Source: Klebsiella pneumoniae
Lineage (GTDB): Bacteria; Pseudomonadota; Gammaproteobacteria; Ga0077536
DNA: 51,624 nucleotides
Direction: 5' to 3'
NCBI GenBank assembly: GCA_945861225.1
Contig: CAMATU010000003.1
Span: 1-51,624 of the forward strand
Positions 28,486-39,297 of the stretch are shown here, in pieces (position 1 is the stretch's first letter; every line of letters starts with the position of its first letter). The notes below the pieces were generated by a model, which saw only the letters and a list, made by a program, of their open reading frames with translations, searched no databases and was not told the DNA's origin. Both the position numbers and the translations under genes were made by a program.

Positions 28486-31400
28486 TCAGCCAATGGATGA
28501 TTTTGCAGAACAGGAGTCCGGATCAACGACGGTCATTGCAACACGCACTTTGCGCGCTCGACGTAAGAGCAGATAGGCCGCCGGGACCACGAACATCGAC
28601 AGCAGCGGCGCCGTGATCATCCCGCCGACCATTGGGCCCGCGATGCGCTGCATGACTTCCGAACCGGTGCCCGATCCGAACATGATTGGCAAAAGCCCGG
28701 CGATGATCACCGCGACTGTCATCGCTTTCGGCCGCACGCGCAATACGGCGCCTTCCCGAATGGCGTCGAGCAAATCTGCCTCGCTGCTTGCTCCCGCAGC
28801 AAGGCGCACGTCCCATGCCTGCTTCAAGTACAACAACATGATCACACCGAACTCGGCCGCGACGCCGGCGAGCGCGATAAAACCGACAGCGGAGGCGATC
28901 GATAGATTATGACCGAGTAGCCACAGCAGCCAGAAGCCGCCGATGAGCGCGAATGGCAGGGTCGTCATGATCAGCAAGGCTTCATCGAAACGCCGGAAGG
29001 TGAGATAGAGCAGCACGAAGATGATCATCAAGGTTGCTGGGACCACTACCTTGAGTTTCGCGGTGGCACGTTCCAGGAACTCGAATTGGCCGGACCACGA
29101 AATCGAAAGACCTGCCGGCAGGAGCACCTCCCTGGCAACGGCGCGTTGCATGTCGTGGACGACCGAGCTGAGTGGGCGCCCGCGGGTGTCGATGTACACC
29201 CAACCTGACAGTCGCGAATTCTCGCTCCGTAGCATCGGCGGTCCGTCTGTGATTTTAATCGTCGTCACATCCCCTAAACGGATCTGTGCGCCGCGCGCAG
29301 TCAGCACGGGCAGGTCGCGCAGCTTCTCGATCGAATCGCGCATCTCACGGGGATAGCGCACGTTGATCGGAAAACGCTGTAAGCCTTCGACCGTCTCACC
29401 GATATTTTCACCGCCGATGGCAGCGGCGATGATGCTTTGGACATCAGCAATATTCAGTCCATAGCGCCCCGCGGCATCGCGCTCGATGTTGATATCGATG
29501 TAGCGTCCGCCAGTCAGGCGCTCGGCCAGTGCGGACGTCACCCCAGGTACCTGTTTTACCACCCTTTCGATCGCGGCTGCGACCTTGTCAATTTCCTGCA
29601 GGCTCGCACCGGAGACCTTCACGCCCACCGGACTTTTGATGCCGGTCGCGATCATGTCGATGCGGTTTCGGATCGGCGGGATCCAGATGTTCGACAGCCC
29701 GGGTATTTTGACCACGCGGTCCAGTTCTTCGATCAGCTTGTCCGGCGTCATGCCCGGTCGCCACTGAGCGCGCGGTTTGAACTGGATCGCGGTTTCAAAC
29801 ATCTCCAAAGGCGCCGGATCGGTCGCCGTCTCGGCGCGCCCGACTTTGCCGAACACCCGCTTCACTTCCGGAACACTTTTAATCAAGCGATCCGTCTGCT
29901 GTAAGAGCTCCGCCACTTTCCCAGCAGAAATGCCCGGCAGGGCGGAAGGCATGTACAGCACGTCGCCCTCGTCGAGCGGTGGCATGAATTCACCGCCCAA
30001 CTGACTCGCGGGCCAGAGTGTCGCCAGCGCGATCAACCCTGCGACCGTGAGCGTGGTCTTCGGCGCGCGCAGCACGCCATTCAGCAGCGGCCGGTAGACC
30101 GCGATAAGCCAGCGATTGAGGGGATTGGCCTGTTCCGCTGGGATCCTGCCGCGAATCAAATACCCCATCAGCACCGGAATCAGCGTCACCGCGAGACCCG
30201 CCGCCGCGGCCATCGTGTAGGTCTTGGTAAACGCGAGTGGCGCGAACAGGCGCCCCTCCTGCGCTTCGAGGGTGAACACCGGAATAAACGACAGCACGAT
30301 GATCAGGAGCGAGAAGAACAACGCCGGCCCTACCTCGACCGCCGCATCGCCGATGACTTGCCAGCGGGGTTCGCCCACCAGTTCCTCAGCGGGATGCGCG
30401 TGGTGCCAGGCTTCGAGCTTCTTGTGCGCGTTCTCGATCATCACCACCGCCGCATCGACCATCGCACCGACCGCGATGGCGATTCCGCCCAAGGACATGA
30501 TATTGGCATTGACGCCTTGGTAATCCATAACGATAAACGCCGCCAGAATTCCCAACGGCAAAGAGACAATCGCCACGAACGCCGAGCGCAGATGAAACAG
30601 GAAGACGGCGCAGACGATCGCCACCACGATGAATTCCTCAAGCAGCTTTTCTTGCAGATTCCTGATCGCACGCTTGATGAGGTCGGAGCGATCATAAGTC
30701 GTCACGACTTCAACACCGGCGGGGAGACTCGACTGCAGCTGCGCGAGCTTCATCTTCACCGCTTCGATGGTCTTGAGTGCGTTCTTGCCCGAGCGCATCA
30801 CGATGATCCCGCCCACCACTTCGCCTTCGCCATCGAGTTCCGCAATCCCGCGGCGCGCTTCCGGACCCACCTGCACCCGCGCGACGTCACCCAGCCGCAC
30901 GCTCACGCCGGCCTCGGTGGTGGTGAGCGGGATCTTGCGAAAGTCGTCCAGCGAGGCCAGATAGCCCGCAGCGCGTACGATGTACTCGGCTTCGCCCAGT
31001 TCCAACACCGAGCCACCGGTCTCCTGATTCGCGCGACGTACCGCATCGACGACGGTATTGAGCGGGATCGCATAGGCGCGCAACTTGTCCGGGTCGAGGA
31101 CGATTTGATATTGACGCACCATGCCCCCGAGCGACGCGACCTCCGAGACATTCCGCACCGATTTCAATTCGTATTTGAGGAACCAGTCCTGCAGCGCACG
31201 TAACTGCGACAAATCCAGCTTGCCGCTTTTATCGACTAGCGCGTATTCAAAGACCCAACCGACGCCGGTGGCGTCTGGTCCCAGCGCGGTCTTGGCCTGG
31301 GGCGGCAGCCGGGACTGCACCTGGTTCAGGTATTCGAGCACCCGCGAACGCGCCCAATAGAGATCAGTACCATCCTCGAAGATCACATACACATAGGAGT

Positions 31401-31668
31401 CGCCGAAGAATGAAAATCCGCGCACGGTCTTGGCGCCGGGCACCGACAACATCGCCGTGGTCAGTGGATAGGTCACCTGATTCTCCACGATCTGCGGCGC
31501 CTGGCCCGGCAAGGTGGTGCGAATGATGACTTGCACGTCGGAGAGATCAGGGATCGCATCGAGCGGGATTTTGGTCAATGACCACCCGCCCCAGGCCGCG
31601 AGCATGAGAGTGACTAGCAACACCAGAAAGCGGTTTGCGATCGACCAGCGTATGAGGCGCGCAATCAT
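28486..31668 (-). CDS. cusA: CusA/SilA heavy-metal RND efflux permease
   Basis: [50 protein letters not shown] and RVRPKAMT. 1060 aa. Confidence 0.97.
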   Translation of the reverse strand: MIARLIRWSIANRFLVLLVTLMLAAWGGWSLTKIPLDAIPDLSDVQVIIRTTLPGQAPQIVENQVTYPLTTAMLSVPGAKTVRGFSFFGDSYVYVIFEDGTDLYWARSRVLEYLNQVQSRLPPQAKTALGPDATGVGWVFEYALVDKSGKLDLSQLRALQDWFLKYELKSVRNVSEVASLGGMVRQYQIVLDPDKLRAYAIPLNTVVDAVRRANQETGGSVLELGEAEYIVRAAGYLASLDDFRKIPLTTTEAGVSVRLGDVARVQVGPEARRGIAELDGEGEVVGGIIVMRSGKNALKTIEAVKMKLAQLQSSLPAGVEVVTTYDRSDLIKRAIRNLQEKLLEEFIVVAIVCAVFLFHLRSAFVAIVSLPLGILAAFIVMDYQGVNANIMSLGGIAIAVGAMVDAAVVMIENAHKKLEAWHHAHPAEELVGEPRWQVIGDAAVEVGPALFFSLLIIVLSFIPVFTLEAQEGRLFAPLAFTKTYTMAAAAGLAVTLIPVLMGYLIRGRIPAEQANPLNRWLIAVYRPLLNGVLRAPKTTLTVAGLIALATLWPASQLGGEFMPPLDEGDVLYMPSALPGISAGKVAELLQQTDRLIKSVPEVKRVFGKVGRAETATDPAPLEMFETAIQFKPRAQWRPGMTPDKLIEELDRVVKIPGLSNIWIPPIRNRIDMIATGIKSPVGVKVSGASLQEIDKVAAAIERVVKQVPGVTSALAERLTGGRYIDINIERDAAGRYGLNIADVQSIIAAAIGGENIGETVEGLQRFPINVRYPREMRDSIEKLRDLPVLTARGAQIRLGDVTTIKITDGPPMLRSENSRLSGWVYIDTRGRPLSSVVHDMQRAVAREVLLPAGLSISWSGQFEFLERATAKLKVVVPATLMIIFVLLYLTFRRFDEALLIMTTLPFALIGGFWLLWLLGHNLSIASAVGFIALAGVAAEFGVIMLLYLKQAWDVRLAAGASSEADLLDAIREGAVLRVRPKAMTVAVIIAGLLPIMFGSGTGSEVMQRIAGPMVGGMITAPLLSMFVVPAAYLLLRRARKVRVAMTVVDPDSCSAKSSIG

Positions 31669-32981
31669 TGGCGGGACTCCGGCATGCTGTCGTTCGTCAT
31701 CGTAGGCGCGGGTGGCACCTCGCTCATCCTGGTGACGCTCGCTTTGAGACTCGCTTCGGAATCGATCAGGAACTGACCCGAGACGACCACCGTTTGATCG
31801 GCGGTCAGCCCCTGGCGAATTTCCGTCTGGCCGCCGGCCTCCCTACCCAGTTCCACCTCGACCGGCGCGAATTTGCCGGCACCGTCAGTGACGATCACGA
31901 CTGCGCGGGTTCCGGTCTGGATGATCGCCTCAGTCGGGACCAGCACCTTCTCTACACTTTCCGTCGGCGCGAAACTTATCGTGACGAACATGCCGGGCTT
32001 CAAGCGTGCGTGCGGATTGGCGAGTTCGATGCGCGCTTTTAGCGTCCGTGTGGCGAGATTAACCTCTGGCAGCAACGCGCCGACTTTACCGGTGAACGTC
32101 TGGTCGGGATAAGCCGCCGCGTGCGCAGTCACCGCGTTGTCGGCGGTGAGCGAGCTGGCTTGCGCTTCCGGGACCTCAGCGTTAACCCACACCGTGCCAA
32201 GGCCATTGATGCGGAACAACGGGGCACCAGCCATCACGGTCATGCCCTCGCGTGCCGCGAGTTCGGTCACGACCCCGCTCCGCGGCGCGGTGATGGTCAG
32301 CCGTGTCTGCACCTGACCAGTGGTATCGACGAGCCGCAGCTGCGCGTCGCTCATGCCGGCGAGTCGCATCCGTTGTCGCGCGCCGTCGAGGAGCCCGCCG
32401 AGATCTGGATTTACTGGTAGCGCGGTGAGTCGCTTCGCAGTCAGGTATTCCTCCTGCGCCGCGACCCATTCCGGCACCACCATTGCCGCCAGCGCTTGGC
32501 CCTGGTGGACGGGGTCAAACGTCGCCCGCACATACAATTTTTCTAGGTAGCCATTGCTGCGCGCCTGGACGACCGTAACATCACGTTCGTTGTAGGCCAC
32601 GCTGCCCACCGCCTCGATCCGGAGGCCCAATACGCCATGCACGACCTTGGCCGTGCGCACCCCGAGATTCTGGGCGACTCTGGGACTAATGCTGACTTGC
32701 CCTTGGTCTGCATCGCCTTCCGGATAAACCGGTACCAATTGCATGTCCATGAAGGGTGACTTGCCGGGCTTATCGAATTTCTGCTGCGGGTACATCGGGT
32801 CGTGCCAATACAAGGGGGACTTCGCACTGACTGTCGCACCGTTTAGCGTTGCTGGATTGCTCGCGCTGCTCGACGCGCCCATCTGCATGCCATGCTGCAT
32901 GCCGACCCTATACAGACCATAGCCGCCTCCGCCGAGCAAACCGATCGCCATCACCACCATCAAGGATACCTTGCCACTCAT
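31665..32981 (-). CDS. cusB: CusB/SilB periplasmic adaptor
   Basis: [34 protein letters not shown] and [10 protein letters not shown]. Start MSGKVS at 32981. Confidence 0.93.
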   Translation of the reverse strand: MSGKVSLMVVMAIGLLGGGGYGLYRVGMQHGMQMGASSSASNPATLNGATVSAKSPLYWHDPMYPQQKFDKPGKSPFMDMQLVPVYPEGDADQGQVSISPRVAQNLGVRTAKVVHGVLGLRIEAVGSVAYNERDVTVVQARSNGYLEKLYVRATFDPVHQGQALAAMVVPEWVAAQEEYLTAKRLTALPVNPDLGGLLDGARQRMRLAGMSDAQLRLVDTTGQVQTRLTITAPRSGVVTELAAREGMTVMAGAPLFRINGLGTVWVNAEVPEAQASSLTADNAVTAHAAAYPDQTFTGKVGALLPEVNLATRTLKARIELANPHARLKPGMFVTISFAPTESVEKVLVPTEAIIQTGTRAVVIVTDGAGKFAPVEVELGREAGGQTEIRQGLTADQTVVVSGQFLIDSEASLKASVTRMSEVPPAPTMTNDSMPESRQ

Positions 32982-34321
32982 TTCGAATCCTCGCTGACGA
33001 TAATCGGTGCGCCGGGGTGCACCGATTCGTCCGTCGGGAATAAAAAGTTGAGCTGCGCCCACCGGCGTGCGGTGTCCATTTCGAGTTGCACCGCGCGCAG
33101 ACGGACGTCGATTTCATCGCGGCGTGCGCGCCACACGTCACCTTGACTGGCCTTATCGCCACGATAGGCCGCCAAGGTGGCTTCGCTGCGGGCGTGGGCG
33201 AGTGGCATGAGTTCATGCGCGTAACGGCTGAGCCGTTCGCGACCGTTTTCCCAGGTCTGCAGCTCAGCGAGCACTGTGCCGACATGCGCCCGCAGTGCCT
33301 CTTCGCGCTCGGCAGTGGCCTGCTGAACCAGGGCCAGCCTGGCCGCGACTTCGCGATCCTGACGCTGTCCCTGGTCCCATTGGAGGGGAATCGATACGCT
33401 CACGGATGCGAAATCTGAGAACGCCGAACCGCGCTCGGCGTATGCGAGTTCAACGCTCCAATCCGACCGCGTGTTCGCCACCGCAAGTTTGGCCTCGGTC
33501 TCGGCAAGTGCTTCCTGTTTGACGAGCACCGCGATTTCTGGATGGTGTAGGAGCTGAGTTTCGAGTGTGCGTCGATCAAGTCGCACCGAATCCAGCGCCG
33601 GTTTGCCGCCCAGCGGCAATTCGGCGGGGCGGCCTACCCAGCGCGCCAGATTTGCTTTAGCCACCCGGATGCGACTATCGATTTCACTGGCACTATCCGC
33701 TAGTTCTGCGCGGGCGCTGCGCGCCGCGATGAGATCCGCCTGATTTCCGCGGCCGCCCCGATAAGCGCTGTCGGCGGCCGCAATTTCGAGTTCGACTAGT
33801 TGGTGCCGTTCGACGAGGATTGCGGCCATGGCCTCGCCGTAATAGCGATCCAGCCAAGCGATTGCGGTCGCGCGTTCGATCGCGGCGATCGTGACCGTCT
33901 TTTCCGCCAAGGTCTTCTCGCCTTCTCTCTCGAAGCGCTGCGCCCGCAACTGACGTTTCTCCGCCCGGGTCCACTCCTGACTCACGGCGACGCGACCTTG
34001 CGTGAAATCGTCGCCGCCGACACTGAATCGATGAGGACCGTTGACTGGCCAACTGTCGAGACCAAATTTGAGGATCGGATCGGGGAGTTGGCCGGCGGCG
34101 ACCGCCATTTCCCGTGCCGCGATCACCACTGAATCCTCCGCTGACAACTGGCGTGATCGTTCGACTGCATGGCGCTGTGCTGCGCCTAGAGTGAGTGTGT
34201 CTGCCGCCGTGGCGCCGGCAGACCAGGCTAGTAGATAAACCAGGGCAGCTAACGCGTTGGGTATGTAAACGCTGCGGATGGGCATGCGCGCGTGTTCACG
34301 CGCGCGTGATGGAGATGACAT
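32978..34321 (-). CDS. TolC-family outer-membrane factor of the cus system (start uncertain; ATG 34321 has a GGAGG RBS)
   Basis: AGQLPDP, HPEI and SIPLQW OMF motifs. Overlaps the cusB start. Confidence 0.85.
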   Translation of the reverse strand: MSSPSRAREHARMPIRSVYIPNALAALVYLLAWSAGATAADTLTLGAAQRHAVERSRQLSAEDSVVIAAREMAVAAGQLPDPILKFGLDSWPVNGPHRFSVGGDDFTQGRVAVSQEWTRAEKRQLRAQRFEREGEKTLAEKTVTIAAIERATAIAWLDRYYGEAMAAILVERHQLVELEIAAADSAYRGGRGNQADLIAARSARAELADSASEIDSRIRVAKANLARWVGRPAELPLGGKPALDSVRLDRRTLETQLLHHPEIAVLVKQEALAETEAKLAVANTRSDWSVELAYAERGSAFSDFASVSVSIPLQWDQGQRQDREVAARLALVQQATAEREEALRAHVGTVLAELQTWENGRERLSRYAHELMPLAHARSEATLAAYRGDKASQGDVWRARRDEIDVRLRAVQLEMDTARRWAQLNFLFPTDESVHPGAPIIVSEDSK

Positions 34322-34395
34322 GAAGCCTCCAGGGAACACTAGGACAAGCACTACCGCGCGCTGCGCGGCGATGAAGGACTACGTCAGCTGTAGGA

Positions 34396-34779
34396 CTAAA
34401 TCAGGAAGCTGCAGTGATGAAGATAGAGCGGAGGGGTGACGAGCTTGGGCGGCAATTCGACGGGCGTGGACCGTAGCTTCGGCATCCGCAGATCGGCGCA
34501 CGAAACGATCCAGGCGACGGGCAATACCGGGAGGTCAATCTTGGCCTGTAGGCGACTGTCCACTGACTGGGCGGATTGATCACAGTATTGTTTGCACAGA
34601 TTTGGGTTCTTGTGGTCCATGCCGTGGCAGGGTTTCGGGGTCGACTGCGACTCCACCGACAACTGGAGATCCATGCGCTCAGTGTTGTTCGGGCAGGCAT
34701 AAGCCGCCACCGCAAGCTGCGCAAAGAGCAACAGGGCAATGCTGAAGCAGGCAACGATCTTGCGACGGATCCGATTCAT
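34396..34779 (-). CDS. Secreted Cys-containing leader protein upstream of cusCBA
   Basis: LLFAQLAVAAYACP signal end, PCHGM, LCKQYC and C-terminal PPKLVTPPLYLHHCSFLI. Confidence 0.7.
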   Translation of the reverse strand: MNRIRRKIVACFSIALLLFAQLAVAAYACPNNTERMDLQLSVESQSTPKPCHGMDHKNPNLCKQYCDQSAQSVDSRLQAKIDLPVLPVAWIVSCADLRMPKLRSTPVELPPKLVTPPLYLHHCSFLI

Positions 34780-34824
34780 GATTTCACCGTATACCGTAAA
34801 GATTGCCTCGCAACAAGAAGAAGC

Positions 34825-35125
34825 TCAGCCGCAGACTCTGGCGGCAACGAATCGATAATCCGGCTCATCGCGCAGATGGCTATAACGCCGCAACATCTGC
34901 CTCGACCTGTGACCGGAGATCGCGGCCGCCTCTTGATCGCCAAGGTCGGCCTCAACCAGCCGGGAGACCGCCTCATGCCGCAGATCGTGAAATCGGAAAC
35001 CACTCACCTCAGCGCGCCGCATCGCATCAAACCATGCCGGTTTGAATTCGCGATCACACCGGGCGTCAAAGCCGTCAGGCTGTAATCGCCAAGGAGCGCT
35101 TTCAACCTAGAAACGGCAGTTGAAC
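34825..35125 (-). pseudogene. Tyrosine recombinase (Rci/phage-integrase-like) remnant
   Basis: FRFHDLRHEAVSRL...ISGHRSRQMLRRYSHLR (HxLRH, GH, Y) plus an upstream LGDYSLTALTPGVIA fragment. The middle is deleted. Confidence 0.8.
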
Positions 35126-35589
35126 GTCGCGTGCAGTGCGTTCCATGGAGTGCAGGGCAAGGCGCGATGAGGAGGGACAAGCTTCGCTATTGCGACGAGT
35201 TGCAACGCCGCCATGCGCGCCAGGGGACGCGCTGCATGTTTTGTCACGTCCTCACCGATAAGGCGAGAATTCATTTTTCCAGATAGCGGTCACCCGCCAT
35301 CACCTGTTCGCGCAGCCGGTGATTCGGTCCAAAGACGCCGTGGTAGCGCGGGAGATTGACGCGTTGCGTGCTCGCCTGGGCTGCCAGCCGGGCGCGGGCG
35401 CTTCATGAATTCGTAACATACTATGCGTATACCTATACGGCCTTGCGATGATTGACAGGCTCGCTGACGGTCACAGCGCCGCAGCAGACGATTCTTGCGG
35501 CGGCGGGCATGGAAGCGCGAATTGCAGACTGAAACAATGGAGTGCTCGGAGCGCATTCGCAATGCGCTCCCGGCGCGTGGAGGACTTTC

Positions 35590-35934
35590 ATGCAAATCAG
35601 TTACGAAATCGGCGCAGACGGCCTGGCGCGAGTGGCGCTCTCTGGCCGGATGGATATCGAGGGTACGCAGACAATCGAACTCAAGCTCGCCAGCTACACC
35701 TCGAGTGATAACGGGATTTTCATCATTGATTTGTCGCATGTGACCTTCCTTGCGTCGATGGGGATTCGTGCGCTAATCATTACCGCCAAGAGCGTCCGTA
35801 CCCGTCGCGGCCGACTTGTAATCATGGGCGCTGACCAGAATGTAACGCACACCCTGCAGACTGCCGGTGTCGACAGCGTGATCCCGCTGTTCCCGGATTT
35901 CGAGTCAGCACGCTGTGCTGTCTTAGGCGGCTGA
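35590..35934 (+). CDS. STAS-domain anti-sigma-factor antagonist (RsbV/SpoIIAA-like)
   Basis: LSGRMD and IDLSHVTFLASMGIRAL. GGAGG RBS before ATG 35590. Confidence 0.88.
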   Translation: MQISYEIGADGLARVALSGRMDIEGTQTIELKLASYTSSDNGIFIIDLSHVTFLASMGIRALIITAKSVRTRRGRLVIMGADQNVTHTLQTAGVDSVIPLFPDFESARCAVLGG

Positions 35935-35951
35935 CGATATTCGCGATAGCG

Positions 35952-36392
35952 ATGAGTGGAAATCCGGAAGTGGAACCGCAGGATGCCGAGTGTCGTTTGA
36001 ACATCGTCAGTGACGTACGCGAGTTGCGGCGAATGAGCTCCTGGTTGCGTAAACTCCTCGGTGGCGTCGGCTTAGCCGAACCGCAGGCATACATGTTCGA
36101 GTTGTGCGCAAACGAAGCTATTGCGAACATAGTGCTGCACGCCAGCGGTGCGCAACCGTCTGAACGCATCCGACTCACCTTTCAAGCCAGCGACGAATGG
36201 GCTTCGTTGCACATTGAGGATAAGGCGCGCGGCTTCGACCCCATAGCGGCGCAATTGCCCGGCCTCGCCGCGACGTTGGAGGAGGCGGTGCCGGGTGGCA
36301 AAGGCTTAGTGCTGATCCGTCGACTCCTCCCGGAATCAACCTACGAGCGAACCGCCGAGAGCAACGTGCTGGTGCTGCGAAGCCGGCTCTGA
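35952..36392 (+). CDS. Anti-sigma-factor Ser kinase (RsbW-like HATPase_c)
   Basis: ELCANEAIANIVLH, IEDKARGFDP and PGGKGLVLIRRL. Confidence 0.85.
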   Translation: MSGNPEVEPQDAECRLNIVSDVRELRRMSSWLRKLLGGVGLAEPQAYMFELCANEAIANIVLHASGAQPSERIRLTFQASDEWASLHIEDKARGFDPIAAQLPGLAATLEEAVPGGKGLVLIRRLLPESTYERTAESNVLVLRSRL

Positions 36393-36439
36393 AAGCGACG
36401 GTGGTGACTGATGCCGGCGATAAGCACAGTCGCTCCGCC

Positions 36440-36645
36440 GGCTGGCGCGAGCTGCTGGCGCACTTTCTCGATCGCGACGTAGCGGACTTCTTGCCTTCGA
36501 CCGGGAAGATAGCGTTCTCGCAGATGTTGTCCGCGTGGTCGCAGATGTGCTCGAAGGTACGTACGGCGAGCACCGCGTCGAGGACGCCCCGAATGCTGCG
36601 CGGATCTTCCATCACGTAGGTGATGAGCTGCCGCATCACGGCAGC
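36440..36645 (-). pseudogene. phoU: PhoU C-terminal fragment
   Basis: MRQLITYVMEDPRSI...FEHICDHADNICENAIF.VEGK, a degenerate form of the PhoU ERIGDHAKNI motif. Confidence 0.75.
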
Positions 36646-36666
36646 GAGTTCCTTGACGTTCTGGGG

Positions 36667-37087
36667 TTACGTTCGGCGTCGGCGCTTAATCAATAGCGTC
36701 GCGACGGCGCTGCCAAACAGCCAGGCAGCCGCCGGTACTGGCACGGCCGAGATGCTGAATTGAGCGGTCAACGATCCCTGGTTATCGTCGTAAAAACCGG
36801 GATCGCTGATCGGATCCCCGAAGTTGATCGCATCAACGAAGCCCGGGACTGGCGAAGGTGAGCACGAGATTGGAGCCCGCCGTGAAGTTGATCGAAGGCG
36901 GCAGAATACCCGCACCACCACCACCGCCCGGCTCGGACGCCGTTGAATGTCCGGCACCAAACAGATTCGTCAGACCGTTAACTTCAAGCATCGCAGCCGA
37001 TGCCGCACCTGCACTTAAGCACAGCGCGCTCGCCAAGGTGCGCAAAACAAAACCGGTACTGCGCACGTTCCTGTTTTCTAAGCCCAT
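36667..37087 (-). pseudogene. Secreted VPxPA/PEP-CTERM-type exosortase substrate, internally deleted and frameshifted
   Basis: Signal peptide (AASAA) in one frame. C-terminal AVPVPAAAWLFGSAVATLLIKRRRRT sorting signal in another. Confidence 0.7.
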
Positions 37088-37134
37088 GGCATCATCCTCT
37101 GCATTGTCATCGTTCTCGGACCAGTGCTACGTGA

Positions 37135-37996
37135 TCACGGCAGTGGCGGTTTGCGCCCGGCCCACGACTGCGCGCGTTCGAGTTGCGCGGCGAGCCCGAA
37201 CAGCGTGCCGTCGCGGCCCATGCGGGTAACGAACTGCACGCCTATCGGTAGGTTCTCCGCGTTCCACCACAAGGGTAGCGACACACCGGCCGAGCCGGTA
37301 ACGTTGAACAGCGCGGTGAACGGGATGAAGTTGAACATGCGCCGAAAATACTCGTCGACGTCGGCCATGGCCGGATCGATACGCCCGAGCGGCACCGGCG
37401 GCGTACCGAGCGTCGGCGAGAGATACACGTCGTAGTCCTCGAAGAACGGCCCGACCGTGCGTGCGACCGAGTGCAGCACGCGCTTGAAGCGCACGGCGTC
37501 AGTGGCCAAGTAGGCGCGGGCGCGTTCGACCAGGGCCCAGTTGGCCCTTTCGAAAGCGAGTGGTATCCCACGGGTTGCGCACGGGGCCACGAAACGTCGG
37601 CTCGGTGGTCGCACTCAAGGCGAATTCGGGTGTGCTTGTCTTGGCAACCGTGACGAGGCCGGCGCGCTTGAAGCGTTTTATGAGCTCGCTATCGTGATCC
37701 GACGGGCCAACGTCGCTCAGGAATTTGCAGCCGTGGGTGGTCGGAAAGCCCGTGTAGTGCGAGGTCATGTCCTTGACCAGGAACGGAACGCCGCGGAATG
37801 GACCATCCGGCAGGGGTCCGCGTGCCGTTTGACGTGCATGGTCGTACATCTTGCAGAACACGGCGTTGAGCGCCGGGTTGCGACTCTCGATGCGGGAGAT
37901 TGCGGCCTCGACCAGTTCGAGCGGCGTTACTTCCCGCTTGCGTACGAGTTCGGCCAGCGCGACTCCATCCAGATCATCGTATTCAGAAAGACTCAT
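37135..37996 (-). pseudogene. Amidase-signature enzyme with large central deletion
   Basis: GPFRGVPFLVKD...KTSTPEF...RNPWD, then a jump to the C-terminal FTALFNVTG..GVSLP..LPIGVQF. The GGSSGG/GGS catalytic region is absent. AGGAGGAG RBS intact. Confidence 0.85.
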
Positions 37997-38258
37997 CTCT
38001 CCTCCTCCAGGCTATTCAGGCAGCCGTTTGGCTCTGGCTTATAGATGTAATGTCGAGGCGCAAGGTCCCAATCGTAGGCTGGGACTAAATTCAGTTCCAT
38101 TCTTCAGTAGCGCGAAACATACCCGCGCGAGCTTGCGACCAAGCGCCACAAAGGGCAGCACTCAAAATGAACTAGAGGCAGCGTGTGCGATCCTCGAGTC
38201 TAAGAAAAGTCGATTTATAGATCACAATAAGTCGTATAGACCGACATATAACCGCGCT

Positions 38259-39200
38259 TTACTGCTTTCGCGTCACACCAGCGGTTCCCGCGAGTTGGCG
38301 TGACAGCGTCGCACTCACGGGGGGTGTGAGGTCCCGCTGCAGAACGCGATTACGGCCACCGTGTTTGACCTCGTACATGAGACCATCCGCTTCGGCCAGC
38401 AGGCCGTCGAGATCGGCAGGCGCCCGAGCGCAGCTGGCGACCCCGATGCTGAAAGTCACCGGCCACCTGCGCCCGCTCATCGTGTTCAGCAGTCGCTGTC
38501 GTAGATCTTCGACGTACGCCTTTGCCGATTCACCATCCATCCCGGGTAGCAGAAGCGCAAACTCGTCGCCGCCGAGACGCCCGGCAATATCGCTGGCACG
38601 CAGGCGAGCACTCAACCCTTCGGCAACGCAGACCAGCAGCGCATCGCCGGCCGCGTGTCCTCGTTCGTCGTTAACCTCCTTGAACTTGTCGATATCGATG
38701 AATACGGCAGTGATGGGCGTGCCTTCACGCTGCGCTTGTGCCAACGTCTGGGAGCCCAGTTCGTGAAACTCGCGGCGGTTCGGCAAGTGGGTCAAGGCAT
38801 CTTTGCGCGCCAGGTGCCTTTCAGAATCAAGCAACTTGCGTAACTGCACCAAGAGCCAAACGCCGATGCAGTAGATCGCCAGCCGCGCGCCACTGTTGAG
38901 AATCAACGGCAGTGGGGAGGCTTGATCGCCACCGAGCATCCGGTCCGCCGCGAACCATAAGCCGACCACAAGGATTGCCAGGGCAATTCCCCAACGTGGT
39001 CCGAGGAACCACGCCACCAGAGCCAGCGGTGGCGCGAAAAAAACATGGAACTCATACTCCAGGCCGACCAGGGTGTGCAGATAAGCCAATAGCAGAACGA
39101 GCGCCGCACTCGCACAGAGAATGCCGAAGCGCCCGGCGCTGCCGGGTTGCCAAAGAATCGCCTTGCGTAGTTTCATGGCGTGACTTTGCCGCAGTTCCAC
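38259..39200 (-). CDS. Membrane-anchored diguanylate cyclase (GGDEF)
   Basis: Four TM segments, DALTHLPNRR, DIDKFKEVND, RASD I-site, RLGGDEF and SIGVA. The start may be 39176. Confidence 0.92.
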   Translation of the reverse strand: MELRQSHAMKLRKAILWQPGSAGRFGILCASAALVLLLAYLHTLVGLEYEFHVFFAPPLALVAWFLGPRWGIALAILVVGLWFAADRMLGGDQASPLPLILNSGARLAIYCIGVWLLVQLRKLLDSERHLARKDALTHLPNRREFHELGSQTLAQAQREGTPITAVFIDIDKFKEVNDERGHAAGDALLVCVAEGLSARLRASDIAGRLGGDEFALLLPGMDGESAKAYVEDLRQRLLNTMSGRRWPVTFSIGVASCARAPADLDGLLAEADGLMYEVKHGGRNRVLQRDLTPPVSATLSRQLAGTAGVTRKQ

Positions 39201-39297
39201 AAAGCGCGGCTTCCATCCAGACCTGGCGTGACGGCGTGCATCTCTGGATTCCAGACGATTTAAGGAGTAATCGAAACGAAGTGCCGATCGCCTGCCA

